From Acidobacteriota bacterium (GTDB lineage: Bacteria; Acidobacteriota; Terriglobia; Terriglobales; Acidobacteriaceae), in the NCBI GenBank assembly GCA_021778845.1, contig JAJYBU010000006.1:15677-79676 (forward strand): a stretch of 64,000 bases of DNA. Direction: 5' to 3'. Each line of letters opens with the position of its first letter. The stretch's first letter is position 1. Both the position numbers and the translations under genes were made by a program. The notes beneath the pieces were generated by a model. It saw nothing but the letters and a program-made list of their open reading frames with translations, had not been told where the DNA came from and did no database searches. Below, piece after piece: positions 49,797-59,129 of the stretch.

Positions 49797-50849
49797 ATGA
49801 CCGAACGGACGAAGGTTTATAGCATCCATCGGGCAATGTTTTTTTGTGGCGCAATGGTCCTGCTCTGGTTCTGCATGGTAGCTGCCTGCGCGCATGCGTC
49901 CGTTGCACTGCTGATGGAAGAGCCCTATGGCAGATTTGGCGCCATGAATCCTACTGGCCACGCCGCAATTTATCTTAATCATGTCTGCGCGGATTCTCCT
50001 ACCGTACTTCGACCTTGTCATGACGGCGAATACGGCGCCGTCATCAGCCGTTATCACAAGATCGACGGCTATGACTGGGTAGCTATACCGCTGGTTGGAT
50101 ACCTAGATGCGGTCGATGACGTGAGTGAGATTCCTACCGCAGTGGATCGCGAAAAGGTTAAGGCGTTGCGCAATGCGTATCGCAAAGAGCATCTGCTCGA
50201 CCTTGCTCCGAGCACTCGCGGAGGCCGGGCTCCGAAAGGGGAATGGATCCAACTGGTCGGATCGTCCTACGATCGGACGATTCATGGCTTCGAGGTAGAC
50301 ACGACAGCGGAGCAGGACCAGCGTTTCATTGCAATCTTCAACGACCGCAGGAACGTTGGACACTTCAATTTGCTCTTTCATAACTGCGCTGACTTCTCGC
50401 GGGTGGTGATCAATATCTACATGCCGCACGCGATCCACCGCAACTTCATCGCCGACATTGGCCTGATGACACCCAAGCAAGTCGCGCGGTCGCTGGTGAA
50501 GTATGGCAAGAATCATCCCGAGGTCGATATGGCTGCGTTCATCATTCCTCAGGTGCCGGGCACCATTCCCCGCAGCCATGCGGTGGATGGCGTGGGCGAG
50601 TCGCTGGTGAAGAGCAAGAAGTACCTGATCCCTCTGACGATTCTCGCGCCTGCGGTGACTGGCGGGGTCGTGGTTGCGTATCTGGCGGATGGGCGCTTGA
50701 AGCTGCCGAAGCGTGCGCCAGTCTTCAACATTGGCGACGAGGAGAATACGGGGCAGCCAGATCCTGCGGAGGCGCCTGCTCGTGAGCCACTCGCGCTAAC
50801 GCGTGGGCCGGTAGCCACGGCCGCTACTCCAACGGGCAGAGTGCGATGA
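49797..50849 (+). CDS. Secreted hypothetical protein, possible permuted papain-like fold
   Basis: Signal peptide; GHAAIYL early and FHNCADF later (His...Asn-Cys order). Confidence 0.65.
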   Translation: MTERTKVYSIHRAMFFCGAMVLLWFCMVAACAHASVALLMEEPYGRFGAMNPTGHAAIYLNHVCADSPTVLRPCHDGEYGAVISRYHKIDGYDWVAIPLVGYLDAVDDVSEIPTAVDREKVKALRNAYRKEHLLDLAPSTRGGRAPKGEWIQLVGSSYDRTIHGFEVDTTAEQDQRFIAIFNDRRNVGHFNLLFHNCADFSRVVINIYMPHAIHRNFIADIGLMTPKQVARSLVKYGKNHPEVDMAAFIIPQVPGTIPRSHAVDGVGESLVKSKKYLIPLTILAPAVTGGVVVAYLADGRLKLPKRAPVFNIGDEENTGQPDPAEAPAREPLALTRGPVATAATPTGRVR

Positions 50850-50882
50850 TGCCCGAAGCGTGCTGACTCCGGAGGATGGCCA

Positions 50883-51098
50883 CTATCGTCGCATGCGGCT
50901 GAGCAGATAGAACAGCAGAGATAGCACCACACTCACGAGCAGAGACGTCGCCAGCGGCGCATAGACGGTTGTATGTTTACCTCGCCATACGAAGTCGCCG
51001 GGGAGCCGGCCGACGCCGAGGCCCATGCGCTCCAGTCCCATCACCAGCAGGCCAACCGCTATCAGTACGAAACCTGCGCCGATCAGAAACCGCCCCAT
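50883..51098 (-). CDS. DUF2905 family small membrane protein
   Basis: GRLPGDF...YAPLATSLLVSVVLSL. Confidence 0.85.
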   Translation of the reverse strand: MGRFLIGAGFVLIAVGLLVMGLERMGLGVGRLPGDFVWRGKHTTVYAPLATSLLVSVVLSLLFYLLSRMRR

Positions 51099-51246
51099 GG
51101 CTTCATTATCTGCCTCGGGCCTTCATTGTGGATGACAGGGTGGAGTGCGGAGTGGGTGGTTGGGGCCATACAATTCCTTCAGGCGCGAGGATGGGAGAGT
51201 CGGAGCGTCTGCGGATCCCCAAATGGATTGTAGTGACGGAGACAGC

Positions 51247-52080
51247 ATGATGAACCGCAAGGACAAAGCGCAACGGCTGCATGAGAGGCTCAAGTCACTC
51301 GACTCGTTGCTGGTTGCGTACTCGGGCGGAACGGACTCGGCGTTTCTGGCGTATGCAGCGAAGCGCGCGCTTGGGGATCGCATGCTGGCTGTGATCGCGG
51401 ATTCGCCGTCGCTGCCGCGCAGGGAGTTGGCGGATGCGCTGGCCTTTGCGGAGCGGCATCACATCCCGGTGCGCGTGTTGCAGACGCATGAACTGGAGCA
51501 ACCGGAGTATGCTCGCAACGATGCGCAACGTTGCTTCCATTGCAAGAGTGAACTGTTTACGCAGATGGACGGTGCGCGGCGGAGGCTCGGATTCAAGCAT
51601 CTGGCCTATGGCATGAATCTTGATGACCGCAGCGAGTTTCGTCCGGGGCAGCGGGCAGCAGTGCTGCATGGAGCGCTTGCGCCGCTGGTCGATGCGGAGT
51701 TGAGTAAAGCGGAGATCCGCATGCTGGCGCGCGAGGCAGGGTTGGAGCTCGCGGATAAGCCTGCGAGCGCATGTCTTTCGTCACGCGTCGAATACGGACG
51801 GGCGGTGACGGCGGAAAATCTTGCGCAGGTGGAGCAGGCAGAAGAGGCGCTGCATGCGCTGGGCTTTGCGCAGGTTCGGGTTCGCCACCACGGCGATCTT
51901 GCGCGGATCGAGATTGCGCGGGAGGACCTGGAGCGGGCGTTGACGCTCCCCATGCTGGACGCGATGACGGACGCTCTGCGGCCCATGGGCTTCCTGTATG
52001 TGACGCTCGATACGCGAGGCTATCGTTCGGGTTCAATGAATGACGTGCTGCCTGCGTCGGCCATTGCAGGGGCGATGTAG
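51247..52080 (+). CDS. larE: Nickel-pincer cofactor sulfur transferase LarE
   Basis: AYSGGTDS PP-loop, RCFHCK, RPG, SACLSSR, VRVRHHG, GYRSGSMN. Confidence 0.92.
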   Translation: MMNRKDKAQRLHERLKSLDSLLVAYSGGTDSAFLAYAAKRALGDRMLAVIADSPSLPRRELADALAFAERHHIPVRVLQTHELEQPEYARNDAQRCFHCKSELFTQMDGARRRLGFKHLAYGMNLDDRSEFRPGQRAAVLHGALAPLVDAELSKAEIRMLAREAGLELADKPASACLSSRVEYGRAVTAENLAQVEQAEEALHALGFAQVRVRHHGDLARIEIAREDLERALTLPMLDAMTDALRPMGFLYVTLDTRGYRSGSMNDVLPASAIAGAM

Positions 52081-52165
52081 ACGGTGGCGAAGGGTACGAT
52101 GCGTTGGCGGCGAGCCTTATCCTAGTGTCAGACGTAATGTTCGATTAAGTGGTGAAAGAGAGTTC

Positions 52166-53455
52166 ATGCGGATTGCGTATCTTGACTGCTTTGCCGGGAT
52201 CTCCGGCGACATGTTTCTGGGTGCTTTGATTGATGCTGGTGTTCCAACCGAGGTGCTGATAGAGGCGACTGCGGCTCTCGATCTTGGAGCAGGTTTGAAG
52301 ATCGAGAAGGTTGATCGGAGTGGGATCAGCTGCACCAAGGTGCATGTGCTGGAGGACGGGCATCTCGCCGAGGAGAAGCCGCATGCTGAGCATTCGCACG
52401 CTCACGACGCGCAGGCCCATACCCATAGGCATGATCATGCGCATACACACGAACACGCTCATTCACATGGGCGTTCGCTCCGTGTGATTCGAGAATTGAT
52501 ACGGGCGGCGCCATTGGCTGAGCCAGTCAAGAAAACTGCAACGCAAGTGTTTGAGCTGCTCGGGGCTTCGGAGGCGAAGATCCACAATGTTGATATCGAT
52601 GCGATCCACTTTCATGAAGTGGGGGCGGTCGATGCGATCGTCGATATCGTTGCTGCCAGTGCGGGGATTTATTACGTGAAGCTAGACGCGTGGCATTGCT
52701 CGCCGCTGAACGTTGGAGGGGGAATGGTGGAGTGCGCGCATGGGACGTTTCCGGTTCCGGCCCCGGCGACGGCCGATCTGCTGCGCGATTTTCCGACGTA
52801 CTCCGCGCATGTGCAGAAGGAGCTGGTAACGCCGACAGGCGCCGCGCTGCTGCGTGTACTCAATCCTGCGTTTGGACAGCAGCCGGCGATGCGTGTGGAC
52901 CGAATTGGATACGGTGCGGGAACACGTAATCCGAAGGGGTTTCCGAATGCTCTGCGTATCAGCATGGGCGAAGCAGACGAAGGGGCAGAGCGGCGGACCG
53001 AGACGGTCACGGTCATCGAAACGGCGCTGGATGATTTGTCGCCTCAGATTCTCGCGTGGGTTGCGGAGTCTGCGTTGGCGGCCGGCGCTGCCGATGTGAT
53101 GCTGACGCCGGTGATCATGAAGAAGGGAAGGCCGGGGACGCTGCTGACGGTCTTGTGCAATGCATCGGAGAGCGCTGCCATGGAGCGGTTGATTTTTCGC
53201 GAGACGAGTACGCTCGGGGTGCGGATTCGGCAGGACCAGAGGCGCTGCCTGAAGCGCCAGCACATGCCGGTGCAGACGCCCTATGGCGAGATTCGGATGA
53301 AGGTTGGTTTGCTTGCGGGCGAAGAGATGAATGCGGCGCCGGAGTTTGAAGACTGCCGCGCCGCGGCGACGCAGCACAACGTTGCGCTGAAGCTGGTGCA
53401 GCAGGCGGCGATTGCGGCGTATCACGCTGTGCGAGAGGATCGTGGCGCGTTATGA
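52166..53455 (+). CDS. larC: Nickel-pincer cofactor nickel insertase LarC
   Basis: LDCFAGISGDMFLGAL, His-rich tract, IHFHEVGAVD, PVPAPAT, TPTGAA, MKKGRPG, PEFEDC. Confidence 0.95.
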   Translation: MRIAYLDCFAGISGDMFLGALIDAGVPTEVLIEATAALDLGAGLKIEKVDRSGISCTKVHVLEDGHLAEEKPHAEHSHAHDAQAHTHRHDHAHTHEHAHSHGRSLRVIRELIRAAPLAEPVKKTATQVFELLGASEAKIHNVDIDAIHFHEVGAVDAIVDIVAASAGIYYVKLDAWHCSPLNVGGGMVECAHGTFPVPAPATADLLRDFPTYSAHVQKELVTPTGAALLRVLNPAFGQQPAMRVDRIGYGAGTRNPKGFPNALRISMGEADEGAERRTETVTVIETALDDLSPQILAWVAESALAAGAADVMLTPVIMKKGRPGTLLTVLCNASESAAMERLIFRETSTLGVRIRQDQRRCLKRQHMPVQTPYGEIRMKVGLLAGEEMNAAPEFEDCRAAATQHNVALKLVQQAAIAAYHAVREDRGAL

Positions 53456-54222
53456 CTCCTTCTGATTTGCTCAGAATTCTGTCCGCGGTAGAGCGTGGTA
53501 CGCTCTCGCCAGCGACAGCAGTTGAACGTCTTGCGAAGCTGCCGTTTGAGGATATTGGCCATACGCGTGTTGATCATCATCGCAGCCTGCGGAGTGGACT
53601 GCCGGAGGTGATCTACGCTGCGGGCAAGACGCTGGAGCAGACGTCCGCGATCTTCGCAAGCCTGCTGGCGGATGGAGTGGATGTGCTGGCGACACGCGTC
53701 GATGCAGCGACTGCCGAGGTTCTGGTACGTGCGTATCCGGGAGCTGTTCATAATGCCATGGCGCGGACGGTCAGCCTGCGCCAGTCGTCCTCTGCGCTGC
53801 CGGATGGTGGCCATATTGCGGTGGTGTGCGCAGGGACGAGCGACCTGCCGGTGGCGGAGGAAGCGGCCGTTACGGCGGAGACGTTCGGCGCAAGGGTGAC
53901 GCGGATGTACGACGTCGGCGTTGCTGGATTGCATCGGCTGCTGGCGGTGCGGAGTGATCTGCTGACAGCGGATGTGGTGATCGTCTGCGCTGGAATGGAG
54001 GGGGCGCTGCCCTCGGTTGTCGGCGGATTGGTGGGGGTTCCGGTGATTGCGGTTCCAACGTCGGTTGGGTACGGCGGGTCGTTTGGAGGAGCGACGGCGT
54101 TGCTGGGGATGCTCAACTCGTGCAGCCCGAATGTGACCGTGGTGAATATCGACAATGGGTTTGGAGCAGCGTACACGGCGGTGCTGATCGCGCGAGCCGC
54201 CTCGAAGTCGACCCTGGGATAG
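53452..54222 (+). CDS. larB: Nickel-pincer cofactor carboxylase/hydrolase LarB
   Basis: AGTSDLPVAEEA, DVGVAGLHRL, AGMEGALPSV, PTSVGYG, NIDNGFGAA; 4-nt overlap with larC. Confidence 0.95.
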   Translation: MTPSDLLRILSAVERGTLSPATAVERLAKLPFEDIGHTRVDHHRSLRSGLPEVIYAAGKTLEQTSAIFASLLADGVDVLATRVDAATAEVLVRAYPGAVHNAMARTVSLRQSSSALPDGGHIAVVCAGTSDLPVAEEAAVTAETFGARVTRMYDVGVAGLHRLLAVRSDLLTADVVIVCAGMEGALPSVVGGLVGVPVIAVPTSVGYGGSFGGATALLGMLNSCSPNVTVVNIDNGFGAAYTAVLIARAASKSTLG

Positions 54223-54371
54223 AGCCGCTACGGTAGCGAGGCTGAGCGCGGACGCACGGGGTGACGGTGGTCACAGCCAAGCCGCTGCGGCGGTGGGAGC
54301 CTAGGTGCGGTCGAGTTGGCGATCCGGTTTGACAGCGAATCTGGCCGGACGCGACTCGAGAGGAGGTTCGT

Positions 54372-54779
54372 ATGTTGACGTCCTTGCTTCTGCTTCCGCT
54401 GCTTTTACTGCTGGCCCCTGTGCAGCAGCAACCAGCCGCAACTCCGGCATCGCCGGTAGCCATTCCGGCTGAGGCTTTGCATATGCTGAACCCGGTGAAG
54501 CCGACGCCAGAGGGTATGGCGCAGGCGAAGAAGATCTTCGGGTACGACTGCGCGATGTGCCATGGAACTACGGGCAATGGGAAGGGCGATATGGTCGCGG
54601 ACCTGAAGCTCAATCTGAAGGACTGGACCAATCCGGAGTCGCTGAAGAACAGGACGGATGGAGAACTGTACTACATCATCACCAACGGCCAGGGGCAGAT
54701 GCCGGGCGAGAACGGCCGCGCTAAGCCTGAACAGATATGGAACATGGTGGTGTTGGTGCGCTCGTTCTCAGCACATTGA
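54372..54779 (+). CDS. Monoheme cytochrome c
   Basis: Signal peptide, CAMCH, distal QMP; GGAGG RBS. Confidence 0.9.
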   Translation: MLTSLLLLPLLLLLAPVQQQPAATPASPVAIPAEALHMLNPVKPTPEGMAQAKKIFGYDCAMCHGTTGNGKGDMVADLKLNLKDWTNPESLKNRTDGELYYIITNGQGQMPGENGRAKPEQIWNMVVLVRSFSAH

Positions 54780-54833
54780 AATAAGCTGCGGGATGATTTG
54801 GCAGGCGCATCCAAAGCTTGCCGACCTGACGGA

Positions 54834-55430
54834 TCAGTCGGCGAGCTCAACGAGGAGGACTTGTTCGTCGTTGTCGACTTCGCGGAGTTTGACCTCGATG
54901 ATCTCGCGACGCGAAGTGGGAATGGTGCGGCCGATGAAGCGGGCCTCGATGGGGAGCTCGCGGTGGCCGCGGTCGATGAGGACGAGCAACTGCACGCTCT
55001 TGGGTCGGCCCTGGTCGAAGAGGGCGTCGAGTGCGGCGCGGATAGTGCGGCCGGTGTAGAGGACGTCGTCCATGAGGATGATGTCGCGGCCGTTGACGTC
55101 GAAGCCGATGTCACCCTTCTCGACGATGGGGCGGGGGCCGGTGGTGGAGAGGTCGTCGCGGTAGAAGCTGATGTCGAGTACGCCGCTGTCGACGGGGGTC
55201 TTCTCGATGGTCTCGATGAGCTTGGCGATGCGTTGGGCGAGGGGGACGCCGCGGCGTTTGATACCGATGAGGCCGAGGTTGGCGCAGCCGTTGTTGCGCT
55301 CGACGATCTCGTGCGCGAGGCGGACGAGGGTGCGCTCGATCTCGGAGGCGGACATGAGGCGGCCCTTCTCGCGGAGGTGCGGCGTGGAGGCGGACGGAGT
55401 GGCTGCGGCGGTGTTGATTGGATCGCTCAT
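54834..55430 (-). CDS. pyrR: Pyrimidine regulatory protein / uracil phosphoribosyltransferase PyrR
   Basis: RLAHEIVE, GIKRRG, LDISFYRDDL, DDVLYTGRTIRAA, DRGHRELPI. Confidence 0.95.
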   Translation of the reverse strand: MSDPINTAAATPSASTPHLREKGRLMSASEIERTLVRLAHEIVERNNGCANLGLIGIKRRGVPLAQRIAKLIETIEKTPVDSGVLDISFYRDDLSTTGPRPIVEKGDIGFDVNGRDIILMDDVLYTGRTIRAALDALFDQGRPKSVQLLVLIDRGHRELPIEARFIGRTIPTSRREIIEVKLREVDNDEQVLLVELAD

Positions 55431-55810
55431 GGTTTGCCCTTCATGATAGCAGCGGACGGTGCGCGGAGGGATGGGCGCGAAGATACGGGTGGACATCTAG
55501 ATTCTCCCCTCAAGAACTAAGGCGCCACGTTGCTCGATCCGGTACGGTCCAGGCTGAGGGTGAAATCTATCGCCCTCGTTCCCCTTTTGGAACCAAGGCG
55601 ATAGGTTTCTGAGAAGATGTCGGAAATTTCACGAGACAACCCAGGTCCGGCCTGCTATGTTTCGCTCAGTGAGGTTGAATCTCGCGCTGATTGACCCTTG
55701 GAAGTTCTGGTTCCTGTAGCACGAGTCCCCTGCTGAATGGAGTGTCATGGGATCCATGCCTATGTGCCACCCAGATTTTCGAGCTTCGTCATAGGTAGAA
55801 GGAGTCGCAC

Positions 55811-57247
55811 ATGTATTCACCAAAAGGAATTGGGCCAACCCTCCTCCTGGTAGCCCTACTCTCTACCGCTGCTTCCATAGTGGGCTGTTCTTCCGGAAGC
55901 ACTGGGACCATGTCAAATCCACTTGGCGCTGCAGCCGGAACTGCCCCGTTCCTTTTTACCGTCAGCGATGCGCCGCTGGCCAATGTTCTCTCCGCCAGCG
56001 TGACGCTGTCGTCCGTAACGCTCAGCACCGGGACTGCGGGCAGTGCGGTGTCCGTGCTGCCCAATCCCGCGACCATCGAGCTATCCAGTCTCGCCGGTAT
56101 TCAGGAGCCGCTTGAACTGGAGAACATTGCTGCAGCAACCTACACCTCGGCCACGGTGACGGTCTCCGCGGCTCAGGTTACGTATTTGAATGCGAGTGGA
56201 GTTGTTACCACTAGCGCTGCAACCATCAGCCAGCCCACCATTACCGTTGCGCTCAGCCCGGCGATGACGGTCGCCACCAGCGGTGAGGTGCATCTAGACC
56301 TGGGCTTCAATCTCGCGACGTCCTTCGATCTGACGGGAACAACGCTCACGTTTACTCCGGCCATCAGCACAGCAGCCGCAGCCGTTAGCGCTGAAGCCGG
56401 TGGCGATCGGCAGCTTGAGGTTGTCGGCTCCGTCGTCAGCGTCAGCGCGAACACGATCGTCGTTCAGGGTATGGACTCGGGCAATCAGTTCACCTATGCG
56501 ATTGACAGCGCGACGGTCTTGCCAGCAGGCCTGACCCCCGCCTCGATCGCTGTCGGGAGTATCGTTCAGTTGCAGGCGCAGATCCAGGCCGATGGGACGC
56601 TCCTTGCAATGTCCATTACGCCGCAGTCGTCGGAGTCTATGTCGAATCAGTCTGGCAGCTCGAGCGGTGGCGGAGATGGCCTGATTGTTAGCGTTACGAC
56701 CGTAGGCGGCCAGGTGACCGGATTCACGATGGTTCCTCGCGAGCACTTTGACGGTTCAACCGCAACAACCCTTGCCGTCAGTCTTTCCCCATCGACGGTC
56801 TACGCCATCGACCAGGACGCGCTGGCCCTCGGCCTCACGAGCGCCGAGTTCACCAACGCACAACTGTTCCCCGGCCAGTCGGTTTCGGTCTCAGGGACGA
56901 ACACCGGCGGTACGGTGGCCGCGACTCAGGTTACCCTCTCCCCCGAGAGCCTATCCGGCACTCTTGCGGCAATACCCACGGGGACGAGTTTCAGTCTTGC
57001 TCTGCCGACGGGGTCTTATCTGACCACGTACGACGCGCTTACCAGCCTCAGCGTGGTCACTGGAACAGCTACCAGTTTTGATTATCAACTTACGGCCGCT
57101 ATGTTCATCGCACTGCCCGCCGCAACTTCTGTTGAGGTTAATGGGTACCTGCTCCAAACAGCGCCTGGGATCTTCACTCTCTATGCCGAGAATGTTGGCC
57201 AGACCCAGGCTGCTGAGACTCCTGAAGCCCCTGAGGGTGGCGGCTAG
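55811..57247 (+). CDS. Ser/Thr-rich lipoprotein with DUF4382/DUF5666-like repeats
   Basis: Lipobox IVGC, VSDAP motif, repeated G.V.SV / L..G..V.V.G modules. Confidence 0.7.
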   Translation: MYSPKGIGPTLLLVALLSTAASIVGCSSGSTGTMSNPLGAAAGTAPFLFTVSDAPLANVLSASVTLSSVTLSTGTAGSAVSVLPNPATIELSSLAGIQEPLELENIAAATYTSATVTVSAAQVTYLNASGVVTTSAATISQPTITVALSPAMTVATSGEVHLDLGFNLATSFDLTGTTLTFTPAISTAAAAVSAEAGGDRQLEVVGSVVSVSANTIVVQGMDSGNQFTYAIDSATVLPAGLTPASIAVGSIVQLQAQIQADGTLLAMSITPQSSESMSNQSGSSSGGGDGLIVSVTTVGGQVTGFTMVPREHFDGSTATTLAVSLSPSTVYAIDQDALALGLTSAEFTNAQLFPGQSVSVSGTNTGGTVAATQVTLSPESLSGTLAAIPTGTSFSLALPTGSYLTTYDALTSLSVVTGTATSFDYQLTAAMFIALPAATSVEVNGYLLQTAPGIFTLYAENVGQTQAAETPEAPEGGG

Positions 57248-57367
57248 AGCTGATTTGCTATCACCGTGGACGGGACGAAGCATGCGAGCACTTCTTTTCT
57301 CGGAGAGAGACGCATGAGGTAACGGCTTGGGATAACACCGATAGGAGAACGGCTCTAACGCGCCGCT

Positions 57368-57412
57368 ATAAACACAAAGAACCTGGCTGATTGCCAGGTT
57401 CTTTGTGTTTAT
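57368..57412. terminator. Bidirectional terminator
   Basis: ATAAACACAAAGAACCTGGC-tgatt-GCCAGGTTCTTTGTGTTTAT, perfect 20-bp stem between convergent genes. Confidence 0.8.
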
Positions 57413-57428
57413 GGCGGAATGGCTGGGG

Positions 57429-57683
57429 TCAGGATCTTCTGCCGGTGATGAGGCGGAAGAGCCAGGTGAGAATGACGGCGCCCAGGAAGGCTACGAGGAT
57501 GCTGTAGAGGAGGCCGCCGGAGCCGGAGAGGCCGAGCAACCCGAAGATAAAGCCACCTGCGAGCGCGCCAAGGATGCCGATGACGATGTCGCCGAGGACA
57601 CCGAAGCCGCTGCCCTTCATGACTTTGCCGGTCAACCAACCGGCGATGAGCCCGACCAGAATCCACCAAAGAATCCCGTGCAT
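57429..57683 (-). CDS. GlsB/YeaQ/YmgE (transglycosylase-associated) stress membrane protein
   Basis: WILVGLIAGWL...DIVIGILGALAGG...AFLGAVIL. Confidence 0.9.
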   Translation of the reverse strand: MHGILWWILVGLIAGWLTGKVMKGSGFGVLGDIVIGILGALAGGFIFGLLGLSGSGGLLYSILVAFLGAVILTWLFRLITGRRS

Positions 57684-57779
57684 AGAAGTTCCTTTCTGAT
57701 GCGTATTGTGGTCCGCGGAGTATTGGAGCACGAGGCGGCGGCGGGTGTCTACGATTTCGTCGCGCGGGGATTGCGGCGG

Positions 57780-59099
57780 TTATGATGCTGCGAGGCGACG
57801 GACGAAATCGAGATAGACGAGCGCGGCTGGGGAGTAGCCGCTGGGGTCGGCCATGGTGAACTCGCCGCTGACGGGGTCCATTTGCTGGCGGAAGCCGTGG
57901 GATGCGGCGAGGGCTTCGACCCACTGGCGCATGAGGTGGTGGAGTTCGGCGCGTTTGCCGTAGTGCTCCATCCAACGCGGGGCGCGGAGGGCGGTGAGGG
58001 CCTGCGCGGCTCCGCCCCAACTGTTGCGCGGGATGGGGCGGACGAAGGCGGGGTCGTTGAGCGCGACCGACGGGAAGGGAAAGGGCGACCAGAAGGCTTT
58101 CGGGTTATGGATTTGGCGGTGCCACACGGCGTCGAAGATCTTCCGGTCGGAGGGGATCTCGAGCTTGAGAACATGCTCGCCAAGCACGCGTGTGATGGCC
58201 GTTCCGCGCACTTTGACGAAGTTATTTTGCGCATCGAGATCGAAGAAGGCGGCGTCTTCGGGTGAGTAGAGTTTGGTGAGGATGAGGCTGCGGAGGGTCT
58301 CGGCGTCTTCGTCCCAGAGGGCGGCTTCGGCGGGCTTGCCGAGCGCGCGGGCCATGGAGGCGAGCGCGATGCGGCCGCCGTAGACGGTTGCGGAGAGGTC
58401 CGGGCAGAGGCGCGGGAGGGATGGCAGGGGAGGACACTTGCGCGCGTCGGAATCGGGGCAGCGGTTGGGGATGCCGGCCCAGCGGGGACTGTTGTCCTGC
58501 CCGGTGTCGTAGGTGCAGAAGCCTTCGACGAGGCCGGTTTTGCGGGTGTCTCGGTAGCGGCGCAACCATGCGTCCCAACGGCTGCAGGCGGTGTAGGCGG
58601 TGGCGAGGAGTTGCTCGTTGTGGGTGAGTTGCACGAGTTCCCATGCGGTTGCGGCGATGGGAACCACCATTTGAATCTGGCCGAAGCCGACCTCGGAGCG
58701 CTTGACGCTGGAGGGAAGCTGGCCGTCCGGACGCTGGAGAGCGAAGAAAGCCATGTGATTGGCGGTGGCGACCTGGATGGGAAGTGGCGGGGGGGTGGTT
58801 GCATCTGGGTCAAAGCCCCAGTCGAGGCTGGCGTAGACGAGGCCCTCGAGCGGACCGCACTCCTGCCAAACGCCTGAGTAGACGGAGCCTTCGATGAGCA
58901 CGGGGCGATCGTAGTGTGGGAGTGTGGTGATGTTTCCGGCGAGCAGGGTGAGGGCCGCGTCCCACATGGGCTTCCATCGGGGGTTGGCAGCGGGGAAGGC
59001 TGGCCGCTGCAGCGCGGGGGGCTGAAGAATGGACGCGCGGGAGCAGGTCATGCCCGCTGCGGATACTCCCGCGATGTATAGAAATTTGCGCCGTTGCAT
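57780..59099 (-). CDS. Tat-exported (alpha/alpha)6 glycoside hydrolase (GH63/MGH1-like)
   Basis: QRRKFL twin-arginine signal, GQDNSPRW, SWGG motifs. Confidence 0.7.
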   Translation of the reverse strand: MQRRKFLYIAGVSAAGMTCSRASILQPPALQRPAFPAANPRWKPMWDAALTLLAGNITTLPHYDRPVLIEGSVYSGVWQECGPLEGLVYASLDWGFDPDATTPPPLPIQVATANHMAFFALQRPDGQLPSSVKRSEVGFGQIQMVVPIAATAWELVQLTHNEQLLATAYTACSRWDAWLRRYRDTRKTGLVEGFCTYDTGQDNSPRWAGIPNRCPDSDARKCPPLPSLPRLCPDLSATVYGGRIALASMARALGKPAEAALWDEDAETLRSLILTKLYSPEDAAFFDLDAQNNFVKVRGTAITRVLGEHVLKLEIPSDRKIFDAVWHRQIHNPKAFWSPFPFPSVALNDPAFVRPIPRNSWGGAAQALTALRAPRWMEHYGKRAELHHLMRQWVEALAASHGFRQQMDPVSGEFTMADPSGYSPAALVYLDFVRRLAAS

Positions 59100-59129
59100 G
59101 AAGCCTCGGGGAACTGGTGAAGCGGTGCT

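Noticed and set aside
55431-55620. PyrR-binding attenuator near pyrR
   Set aside because: No PyrR binding-loop consensus was found; the hairpin at about 55563-55608 is unassigned and a -10 lies close to the pyrR start.
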